Assembly: GCA_963822555.1 (NCBI GenBank)
Contig: CAWGHY010000002.1
Coordinates: 2,865,743 to 2,929,742, forward strand
DNA from: Terriglobia bacterium
Lineage (GTDB): Bacteria > Acidobacteriota > Terriglobia > Terriglobales > Acidobacteriaceae
DNA length: 64,000 nt
Reading direction: 5' to 3'
Shown here: positions 8,578 to 16,483 of the stretch, in pieces
Position numbering within the stretch: position 1 is the stretch's first letter
Layout: each line of letters begins with the position of its first letter
The notes under the pieces: model-generated
The model's database searches: none
Seen by the model: only the letters and a program-made list of their open reading frames with translations
What the model was told of the DNA's origin: nothing
Made by a program: the position numbers and the translations under genes

Positions 8578-10278
8578 TCATGTTTGCAGCACTCCCACCT
8601 TAAACTCGGGCACATCCGGATTCAGCGCGGCCGCTTCGAGCGCCTGCGTGATTGCATCGCGAGTTTCCACCGGATCGATGATCTTATCAATCCACAAGCG
8701 GGCGGCGCCGTATCGCGGATCGGTCTGTTCGTCATAGGTCTTCTTCACCGATTCGAACAGCTCCTTGCGCTCTTCGTCACTCAATTTCTTGCCGCTGCGT
8801 TCGAGCTGCTTGATCTTGATTTCGACCAGCGTGCCGGCAGCGGAGTCTCCGCTCATGACCGCGTAGCGCGCGGTCGGCCAGGCGAACACGAATCGCGGAT
8901 CAAAAGCTTTGCCGCACATGGCGTAGTGCCCCGCGCCGAACGATCCTCCCACAATGACTGTAATTTTGGGGACAACCGAGTTCGACACCGCGTTCACCAA
9001 TTTCGCGCCCGCCTTGATGATGCCGCTCCACTCCGCGTCGCGTCCGACCATGAATCCGTTGACGTCGTGGAAGAAGACGAGAGGAATCAGGTTCTGGTTG
9101 CAGTCCATGATGAAGCGGGCGGCTTTTTCCGCCGACTCGGTGTAAATCACGCCGCCAAACTCAAGCCGCTTGTGGCCCTCATGATCGGTCTGCTGCGTGT
9201 GCAGCTTTTGATTGGCCACAATTCCCACCGCAAAACCGCCGATGCGCGCGTAGCCGCAGACGATGGTCTTGCCGTATTCCGCTTTGTATTCGTCAAACCG
9301 GCTGCCATCCACGATGCGGGCCAGAATTTCCTTGGTGTCATAGGGGCGCGCCGGCGACGAATCGTAGATGCCATAAATTTCTTCCGCGGCCAGTGCCGGC
9401 GGTTGCGGCTTGCGGCGATCCCACGGAGATTGCCGCCGGTATCCCCACTTCTCGATGATGTCGCGGATGCGAGTCAGGCAAGCTTCGTCGTTGGGCTCGT
9501 GAAAATCCACCGTCCCACTGATGGCCGAATGCATGGCGGCGCCACCCAGTTCTTCGGCGGAAACCTTCTGCCCGATGGCGGCCTGCACCAGCGCGGGTCC
9601 GGCAAGGAAAAGTCCGCTGCCGTCGGTCATCAGCACGTGATCGCACATCACCGGCAAATAGCCGCCGCCAGCAACGCACATGCCCATAATGGCTGCGATC
9701 TGCGAAATCCCCATGGCCGACATCACCGCGTTGTTACGGAAGACGCGGCCGAAATCGTCGGTGTCGGGGAACACATCTTCCTGCAGCGGCAGAAAAACTC
9801 CTGCCGAGTCGACCAGATAGACCGTCGGCACCCGATTCTCAATCGCAATATTCTGGGCGCGAATCACTTTCTTCGCGGTCATGGGGAAAAACGCGCCCGC
9901 TTTCACGGTCGCGTCGTTGGCAATGATCATCACCAGCCGGGTTTGAATGCGCGCCAACCCGGTAATGACGCCTGCGGCAGCAGCGCCGCCCCACTCCTCG
10001 TACATGCCGTGTGCGGCGAAGGCCCCTAATTCGAAGAATGATCCCGGATCGACCAGCAGATTGATGCGTTCGCGCGCGGTCAAACGTCCCTTATTGTGCT
10101 GGCTCTCGATTGCCTTGGGGCCGCCACCCTCGCGGATTCTCTCCTCCTCGTTGCGCACCTGCGAAACCAGGTCGGCCAGAAAGCGCATGTTGGCTTCGAA
10201 GCGCGCTGAGGTGGGATCTATATGCGATTCGAGAACGGTGGAAGTCGAAGGCGTTCCGGGATCGATGCGTTGGTTCAT
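8578..10278 (-). CDS. Acyl-CoA carboxylase carboxyltransferase (beta) subunit, methylcrotonyl-CoA carboxylase-like
   Basis: About 566 aa from ATG 10278 (MNQRIDPG). Carboxyltransferase sequence throughout (GGPKAIESQHNKGRLTARERI, ANDATVKAGAFFPMT, CVAGGGYLPVMCD). Context is the HMG-CoA lyase and hydratase genes. Confidence 0.9.
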   Translation of the reverse strand: MNQRIDPGTPSTSTVLESHIDPTSARFEANMRFLADLVSQVRNEEERIREGGGPKAIESQHNKGRLTARERINLLVDPGSFFELGAFAAHGMYEEWGGAAAAGVITGLARIQTRLVMIIANDATVKAGAFFPMTAKKVIRAQNIAIENRVPTVYLVDSAGVFLPLQEDVFPDTDDFGRVFRNNAVMSAMGISQIAAIMGMCVAGGGYLPVMCDHVLMTDGSGLFLAGPALVQAAIGQKVSAEELGGAAMHSAISGTVDFHEPNDEACLTRIRDIIEKWGYRRQSPWDRRKPQPPALAAEEIYGIYDSSPARPYDTKEILARIVDGSRFDEYKAEYGKTIVCGYARIGGFAVGIVANQKLHTQQTDHEGHKRLEFGGVIYTESAEKAARFIMDCNQNLIPLVFFHDVNGFMVGRDAEWSGIIKAGAKLVNAVSNSVVPKITVIVGGSFGAGHYAMCGKAFDPRFVFAWPTARYAVMSGDSAAGTLVEIKIKQLERSGKKLSDEERKELFESVKKTYDEQTDPRYGAARLWIDKIIDPVETRDAITQALEAAALNPDVPEFKVGVLQT

Positions 10279-10409
10279 GAGTTGATTCTGAAAGAAGTTA
10301 CGGTATAACAGGCAAGCGGGACGGCGCAAACGCCGGCCGCGAACGCTCGCCCCTGGAAGACGTCATTCTGAGTGGCCCCAAGGCAGCGGGAAAACTGCGA
10401 TGATACAGA

Positions 10410-11141
10410 CTAGGCGCTCTTCTCCAGCCATCGCTCCAGGCGACAGCCGTCTTCCTCCAGCAAAAAGCTACCGGTGCCAAAACATTCGCCAAAGATACGA
10501 TGCGACTCTGGGTCGCGAGCCGCTCGTGTGATCCACTGCTTGCCCACCTGGTATTGACTGGCGGTGAACCATTTCTGCGGCAGGACTTCAACCAGCCCCG
10601 CATTTGGATAGACCACGTAGAGAGCGAAAGCCGGATCATCCTGGCCCTTCGCGGGATAGCTGGTGGGAATAATCAGCTCTTCCACCGTTTGCAATTCGGA
10701 CGGGACTTCAATCCTGTTCAGCCCAGCGGCCAAGCCGAGTGAGATTTCAAACTCGGCGAGCGGAGCCGCCGCCGAATAGATACGATCACTCGACGGCTTG
10801 AACCAGCCCGCAATTTCGATCAGATCAAAGGCTTTGAGTTGGTCTGCATCGAAACAGGTAATGCGAATGCTGCGGCCTTCCGGACACCAGATTCCAAGCT
10901 GGGTTGGCGGCACGAAAAACGGACGGCAATAGGTATTCAGCGCCAGGCGCGGCTTGTCTGGTTCCTGCTGCAATGCCAGCGTGATCAAATAGCCCAGCGG
11001 TCCCTCGCTACCGTGATGAGTCCACGTGAAGCGTTGGCCGGCAGCCGAACTGAAGGCCGGGAAAGTCTTCCAGTACCAGGGCGTCGGCCCGATCGTGTGT
11101 TGCAGAGCAAGTTTTAGGCGGGACGTACTGATCTCGGCCAT
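10410..11141 (-). CDS. Hypothetical protein, no recognisable motif
   Basis: 243-aa ORF from ATG 11141, which lies 6 nt after the stop of the B12-binding subunit gene. Trp/aromatic-rich sequence; G/C-biased third codon positions are consistent with coding. Confidence 0.6.
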   Translation of the reverse strand: MAEISTSRLKLALQHTIGPTPWYWKTFPAFSSAAGQRFTWTHHGSEGPLGYLITLALQQEPDKPRLALNTYCRPFFVPPTQLGIWCPEGRSIRITCFDADQLKAFDLIEIAGWFKPSSDRIYSAAAPLAEFEISLGLAAGLNRIEVPSELQTVEELIIPTSYPAKGQDDPAFALYVVYPNAGLVEVLPQKWFTASQYQVGKQWITRAARDPESHRIFGECFGTGSFLLEEDGCRLERWLEKSA

Positions 11142-11146
11142 TAATC

Positions 11147-11566
<420 letters not shown>

Positions 11567-11670
11567 TGCTCTCCATTTAACCACAGAGGGTGCGGAGGTG
11601 CACAGTTACAGGGGATTGCCGACTTTTGGATCGTGGAATTAAGTGCGGCTGGAACTTGCCGGGTGGAATG

Positions 11671-11726
11671 TCAGATCTCAGATTTCAGATCTTAGATCTC
11701 AGTTCTCAGTTCTCAGTTCTCAGATT
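11671..11726. repeat. Heptanucleotide tandem array, 8 x TCAGWTY
   Basis: tcagatc tcagatt tcagatc ttagatc tcagttc tcagttc tcagttc tcagatt read directly. Ends 4 nt before the stop codon of the glycosylase gene. Confidence 0.9.
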
Positions 11727-11729
11727 GGT

Positions 11730-12329
11730 CTACATGGTTTTGATATCCAAGCTTCGCCAGAGATACCAGCACGCCACCGAACGATACGGCTCCCAGGACC
11801 TTGCAATTTTTGCCATCACCTCGGGCTTGGGCATCTTGCGTTTCTTGTAGTGCTTCCTGATCGCCATCTGGATGCCGTAATCGCCTGTGGGCAGTACATT
11901 GGGACGCTTCAGGGTGAACATGAGAAACATATGTGCGGTCCACACGCCTACGCCCTTGACCTGGGTGAGGTGTTGGATGACTTCGTCATCGGTCATTTCA
12001 GGCAGGCGCGAGAAATCCAGCTCTCCGCGGGACGCGCGCGCAGCCATGTCTTTCAGGTAGGAAGATTTCTGCTTGGATAGTCCGACCGAGCGCAACTGGG
12101 CGTCGGTCAGTTTGAGTATGCCTTCGGGCGTAAGGGGTTCTCCTGCCAGCGCAGCGAAGCGTTGGAAAATCGTCGCCGCAGCCTTGCCATTCAGTTGCTG
12201 GTAAACGATGGACTCCGCCAGGCTATGAAACTCCGGCGGCCCAAATTCCATGCGGCAAGCGCCGACGCGCTCGATAATGGCGGCGAGGACCGAATCGGAT
12301 TTCTTCAGATGATTGACCGCTTTGCGCAT
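11730..12329 (-). CDS. DNA-3-methyladenine glycosylase II (HhH-GPD, AlkA-like)
   Basis: 199-aa ORF. Helix-hairpin-helix LTQVKGVGVWTAHMFLMF followed by the catalytic-Asp region PTGDYGIQ. Confidence 0.85.
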   Translation of the reverse strand: MRKAVNHLKKSDSVLAAIIERVGACRMEFGPPEFHSLAESIVYQQLNGKAAATIFQRFAALAGEPLTPEGILKLTDAQLRSVGLSKQKSSYLKDMAARASRGELDFSRLPEMTDDEVIQHLTQVKGVGVWTAHMFLMFTLKRPNVLPTGDYGIQMAIRKHYKKRKMPKPEVMAKIARSWEPYRSVACWYLWRSLDIKTM

Positions 12330-12384
12330 GCAATATTTCGACGCCGACCAAGGCCAAGAGGATAGCAGAGACGTTTTGGAAATT

Positions 12385-13314
12385 TCAGGTGAGATACTGC
12401 ACGGTTTGCCGGATCAACTCGGCCGTCCCCTGGTAGGGATCGCCGGAGTCTTCCCACTCCATCGAGCAGTAGCCTTTGTAGCCGTGCCGTTTCATGATGC
12501 CGAATGTCCTCGCCATATCGACGTGCACCGTGACACCCTGACTATTGATCTCTGAGGATTTCACGTGCGAGATGCAGTAAGCCTTGCTGAACATAGCGTC
12601 GATCCCGCGATAAGCATAGTCGGGATCTTTGGCGGCCAGCGTGTTGCCGAAGTCGGGCAAGGTGTGCAGCCACGGGCTGTTCACTTTTTCCACCAACGAA
12701 GTCAGGAAAAACGGATCTTCGCTGACTGGATTGTCATTTTCGAGAGAGACCACTACATTCTTCGCCGAGGCATACTCGACGACTCGGGTCAGGCTCTCGG
12801 CCGCGCGATCCAGATCGGGTTTCGAGTCTTTTGCCTGGGGAAGATTGGTGCGAATGCTCCGCGATCCGATGGCGACAGCGTTATCCACCCACTTTCTGCT
12901 GAACGCCACAGCCTGCTCGCGTTCGGCACGATCCAGCGCGTAGGGACTATGCTCGCTATCCACCGCGATGTTCACCACCGCTGACCCCGCTTTTTCAACG
13001 GCTGCGCGAAACCGTCCCAGATAGCTCGGGTCGGTCGAAGGAAAATGTCCAGTCCAGGGCTCAATCTTGTTGATCTGGAACTTTTCGCGAACGTGGGCTC
13101 CGAAGTCTTTCAAGTCCATCGGCTTCGCGGCTTTGCAATCCTTTCCGGCGATGAACTCCCGGAAGGGATACGACGCGACGGCGATGCGTTCCCGAGCTTG
13201 CGCCGGAAACTGCAGGTTGGGAACAGTGCCCGCATACGCCATAGCAGGGCTGAACCAAACTCCTGCCGCGACGGCCCCGCATTGCTGCAGAAACTTTCTT
13301 CGCGTCGTCAACAC
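12385..13314 (-). CDS. Sugar phosphate isomerase/epimerase (xylose-isomerase-like TIM barrel) with Tat signal
   Basis: 309-aa ORF with twin-arginine leader MLTTRRKFLQQCGAVAAGVWFSPAMAYA. TIM-barrel AP-endonuclease-2-like sequence. Confidence 0.8.
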   Translation of the reverse strand: MLTTRRKFLQQCGAVAAGVWFSPAMAYAGTVPNLQFPAQARERIAVASYPFREFIAGKDCKAAKPMDLKDFGAHVREKFQINKIEPWTGHFPSTDPSYLGRFRAAVEKAGSAVVNIAVDSEHSPYALDRAEREQAVAFSRKWVDNAVAIGSRSIRTNLPQAKDSKPDLDRAAESLTRVVEYASAKNVVVSLENDNPVSEDPFFLTSLVEKVNSPWLHTLPDFGNTLAAKDPDYAYRGIDAMFSKAYCISHVKSSEINSQGVTVHVDMARTFGIMKRHGYKGYCSMEWEDSGDPYQGTAELIRQTVQYLT

Positions 13315-13374
13315 GCCGGCAGTTTAGCACGCGAGCGGGCTGCCTCGAACACGACGACCGTCTCACCATTTACT

Positions 13375-13947
13375 ATGGCAGCCATGATCACAATCGTTTC
13401 CGGTCTGCCTCGTTCCGGCACGTCGCTCATGATGCAAATGCTGGCTGCGGGCGGCATGCCCGTTCTTTCCGACGGCGAACGCCGGGCTGATGTCGACAAC
13501 CCGCGAGGATATCTGGAGTGGGAGCGCATCAAGCAACTGCCCAAGGACCCTGGTTGCATCGCGGAGGCTGAAGGTAAGGCGGTGAAGGTGATCTCGCAGC
13601 TTTTGCTTTCGCTTCCTCCCCAACACGAATATCGCGTCATCTTCATGCAACGGCCGTTGCCCGAAGTCATGGCGTCGCAGGACGAGATGCTGCGCCGGCG
13701 AGGCACGTACGATCCCGGCGAGGACAATTCCGTGGTGGCACGAGCGTTTCAGGACCATCTATCGGACGTCTACGGCTGGCTCAATGGCAAACCGTACGTG
13801 AAGGTGAGCCGGGTGCAATACCATGCCGTCCTGCGCGCGCCCAAGGAGACGGCGGAAAGCGTTGCCAAGTTTCTGGAAGTTCCGTTGGACGTGGAAGCCA
13901 TGGCAAAACAGGTGGATGGAACTCTCTATCGCCAGCGCCGCAAGTAG
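13375..13947 (+). CDS. Sulfotransferase-family protein
   Basis: Start placed at ATG 13375 (MAAMITIVSGLPRSGTSLMMQML, a PAPS 5'-phosphosulfate-binding P-loop-like motif). The ORF-track N-terminal extension from 13045 overlaps the opposite-strand TIM-barrel gene. Confidence 0.72.
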   Translation: MAAMITIVSGLPRSGTSLMMQMLAAGGMPVLSDGERRADVDNPRGYLEWERIKQLPKDPGCIAEAEGKAVKVISQLLLSLPPQHEYRVIFMQRPLPEVMASQDEMLRRRGTYDPGEDNSVVARAFQDHLSDVYGWLNGKPYVKVSRVQYHAVLRAPKETAESVAKFLEVPLDVEAMAKQVDGTLYRQRRK

Positions 13948-13991
13948 CCTTCGGGGCTTTTGTGGTCGCGGGCGACTCGCCCGCGAAAGCT

Positions 13992-14408
13992 TCAACTCTT
14001 GCCAGATGGCAACTGAAAACCAATCTTGCGCTTCGACGCTCCCTCCGGAGCCATGAGTTCCTTGATGGCTTCGATGATGTCCTGAATCGCAGTGTCGTGG
14101 GTCTCCAGGCGGCGATCCAATTCGTATATTTTGGCGGCGAGCTGGCGGTTTTTGGCCAGCATTTCGCGCATGCGGACGAAGGCGCGAACCACAAAAACGC
14201 TCATCTCTACCGCTCGTTTGGAATTGAGAACGGTTGCCGCCATGATCGCGCCATGTTCGGTGAAGGCATAGGGCGGATAGCGGCGTCCGCCGCGGCCTTT
14301 CTTTGAGATCACAATTTGTGATCTCAAAGATTCATAGGGTCCTGGTTTGAGGTCGCAATTTGTGACCTCAAAGAATATCCCACCGATTTCGGAGCTACTG
14401 GAGACCCG
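13992..14408 (-). pseudogene. 5'-truncated ORF6N/KilA-N-associated family gene remnant
   Basis: The open frame encodes only the C-terminal half typical of ORF6N proteins (LRSQIVISKKGRGGRRYPPYAFTEHGAIMAATVLNSKRAVEMSVFVVRAFVRMRE). There is no ATG in the open frame back to the in-frame stop at 14409-14411, and the N-terminal DNA-binding half is absent. Confidence 0.5.
14301..14372. repeat. Two copies of a 27-29 bp palindrome (TTTGAGRTCRCAATTTGTGAYCTCAAA)
   Basis: 14301-14329 is a perfect palindrome with 14-bp arms. 14346-14372 is a second copy with 1 arm mismatch. Start-to-start spacing is 45 bp. Confidence 0.85.
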
Positions 14409-14461
14409 CTAAGACTGTGCCGCTGCCGCACGAGCGGGGCGCTCGCGCCTACATTTTACGA

Positions 14462-16261
14462 CTAGGTGATGCTTACTTCGGTGTAGGTTCCGAACACTTC
14501 GCGGAGGGCTTCGCAGATTTCGCCGACCGTGGCATACGCACGCACGGCTTCCACGATGTAGGGCATGGTATTGGCAGATGAGATGTCGCCATTCGCCGAC
14601 CTACGCGGCTGCAGCGCCGCGGCTTTCTTCAAGGCCCCCAGGCGGCGTTGCACTTCTTCATTCGAGCGACGAGCCCTGAGCGCCTTCAGCTTGGCCGATT
14701 GCTGCCGGGCCACGCTTTCATCGATGTAGAGCGTGTGCGGCGGCTCTTCTTCGATCACAAACTCGTTGGCGCCCACGATGATTTTTTCTTTAGCTTCGGC
14801 GGCGCGCTGGTATTGGTAAGAGGCCTCGGCAACTTCTTTCTGGGGGTATCCCCGCTCGATGGCTTTGACCATGCCACCCATGGCATCGAGTTTGCCGAAA
14901 TAGTCGAAGGCGCCTTTTTCCATTTCGAGGGTGAGGGCTTCCAAGAAATATGACCCGCCCAGAGGATCGACTGTGTGCGTCACTCCGGACTCGTAGGCAA
15001 TGATCTGCTGGGTGCGCAGCGCGATGCGCGCCGCTTCTTCCGTAGGTAACGCCAGAGCTTCGTCGTAGGAATCGGTGTGCAACGACTGGGTTCCACCGAG
15101 AACCGCAGCCATGGCTTGCAGCGCCACGCGAGCAATGTTGTTCAGCGGCTGTTGCGCCGGTAACGAAACTCCCGCGGTCTGGGTGTGAAAACGCAGCAGC
15201 CAGCTGCGTTGATTTTTCGCTTTGAAGCGGTCCTTCATCACCTGATACCAGATCTTGCGAGCGGCGCGGTATTTCGCAATCTCTTCGAAGAAATCGTTGT
15301 GGGCGTTGAAGAAAAAACTGAGCCTGGGACCGAAGTCGTCCACATCGAGTCCGCGCCGCTGCGCCCATTCCACATACTCGACGCCGTCGTAGAGGGTGAA
15401 AGCCAGTTCCTGGAGCGCCGTCGATCCGGCTTCGCGGATGTGGTATCCGCTGATGGAGATCGTATTGAACTTCGGCGTGAACCTCGAACCAAACTCGAAG
15501 GTATCGACCACGAGGCGCATCGACGGCGCCGGCGGATATATATATTCCTTCTGCGCGATATATTCCTTGAGGATGTCGTTCTGCAGCGTTCCGGAAATCT
15601 TCTTCCAATCCGCGCCTTGCTTTTCGGCCACCACCAGGTACATCGCCCATAGCACCGACGCGGGAGAGTTGATGGTCATCGAGACCGTGGTTTTTTCCAG
15701 GTCGATGCCGCCGAAGAGAATCTCCATGTCTTCGAGCGAATCGATGGCGACCCCGCACTTGCCCACCTCACCTTCGCTTGCGGGATGATCGGAGTCATAA
15801 CCCATGAGCGTGGGGAGATCGAACGCGACTGACAGGCCGCTCCCGCCGCTTTCCAGCAAATACTTGTAGCGCTGGTTGGTTTCTTCCGGAGAGGCAAAGC
15901 CAGAAAACTGCCGCATGGTGAAAAGCTTGCCGCGGTAACCGCTGGCGTGAATGCCGCGGGTAAACGGCGGCTCCCCGGGATAGCCCAGATATTTTTCCGC
16001 GCTCCAGTCTTCGGGGAGATCAGCAGCGGTATAGAGCCGGCGTACCGGAGTGCCGGAGATTGTGGTAAAGCGGGCGTGGCCGTGCTCGTCGCGATTGATT
16101 CCGGTGTTGGCACCGATTGGCTTTTCCGGCGCTTTCTCGAGCGTCGGCAGAAGAGTTTTTTCCGCCCACTCTTTTTCGCCCGGCGAGGGATGGCGTCCGT
16201 CAAACACATCCGCAATCGGACTTTCCGCGACCTGCGGCTTGGGAGGCTTCTTATCCGGCAT
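14462..16261 (-). CDS. Acyl-CoA mutase large (catalytic) subunit, isobutyryl-CoA-mutase-type signature
   Basis: About 599 aa from ATG 16261 (MPDKKPP). Strong mutase sequence ([59 protein letters not shown]). Phe codon at 15905-15907 and Gln codon at 15551-15553 sit at the MCM Tyr89/Arg207 positions. Confidence 0.9.
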   Translation of the reverse strand: MPDKKPPKPQVAESPIADVFDGRHPSPGEKEWAEKTLLPTLEKAPEKPIGANTGINRDEHGHARFTTISGTPVRRLYTAADLPEDWSAEKYLGYPGEPPFTRGIHASGYRGKLFTMRQFSGFASPEETNQRYKYLLESGGSGLSVAFDLPTLMGYDSDHPASEGEVGKCGVAIDSLEDMEILFGGIDLEKTTVSMTINSPASVLWAMYLVVAEKQGADWKKISGTLQNDILKEYIAQKEYIYPPAPSMRLVVDTFEFGSRFTPKFNTISISGYHIREAGSTALQELAFTLYDGVEYVEWAQRRGLDVDDFGPRLSFFFNAHNDFFEEIAKYRAARKIWYQVMKDRFKAKNQRSWLLRFHTQTAGVSLPAQQPLNNIARVALQAMAAVLGGTQSLHTDSYDEALALPTEEAARIALRTQQIIAYESGVTHTVDPLGGSYFLEALTLEMEKGAFDYFGKLDAMGGMVKAIERGYPQKEVAEASYQYQRAAEAKEKIIVGANEFVIEEEPPHTLYIDESVARQQSAKLKALRARRSNEEVQRRLGALKKAAALQPRRSANGDISSANTMPYIVEAVRAYATVGEICEALREVFGTYTEVSIT

Positions 16262-16323
16262 ATCGACCGCGCCTGCTGCGATCATAGAAGAGGGTAGTGC
16301 GGGCTGCAAGGCACCGACGTACC

Positions 16324-16475
16324 GTGTGGGGCGGACACTCTTGTCCGGCGCTCTTTTCCGCCGCTCTTGAACTTGATTTGTGGTTTGAGATCGCTGGTGC
16401 TGGGTGGATCGGTTACAAGGCCTGCGAAAACAAAATCTAAGTCAAGAGCGGCGGACAAGAGTGTCCGCCCCACAC
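16324..16475. repeat. MITE-like element with 23-24 bp perfect terminal inverted repeats
   Basis: TGTGGGGCGGACACTCTTGTCCG (16325-16347) has its exact reverse complement at 16452-16474. A second inner arm pair is GCCGCTCTTGA / TCAAGAGCGGC. Confidence 0.75.
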
Positions 16476-16483
16476 AGGGTGGT

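Noticed and set aside
8584-10029. 481-aa ORF antisense to the carboxyltransferase gene
   Set aside because: Arg/His/Gly-rich, low-complexity translation typical of the reverse frame of a high-GC gene. The opposite strand carries an unmistakable carboxyltransferase sequence.
13045-13374. ORF-track N-terminal extension of the sulfotransferase
   Set aside because: It overlaps the 5' part of the opposite-strand TIM-barrel gene and has no protein-like character. The P-loop-like sulfotransferase motif starts right after ATG 13375.
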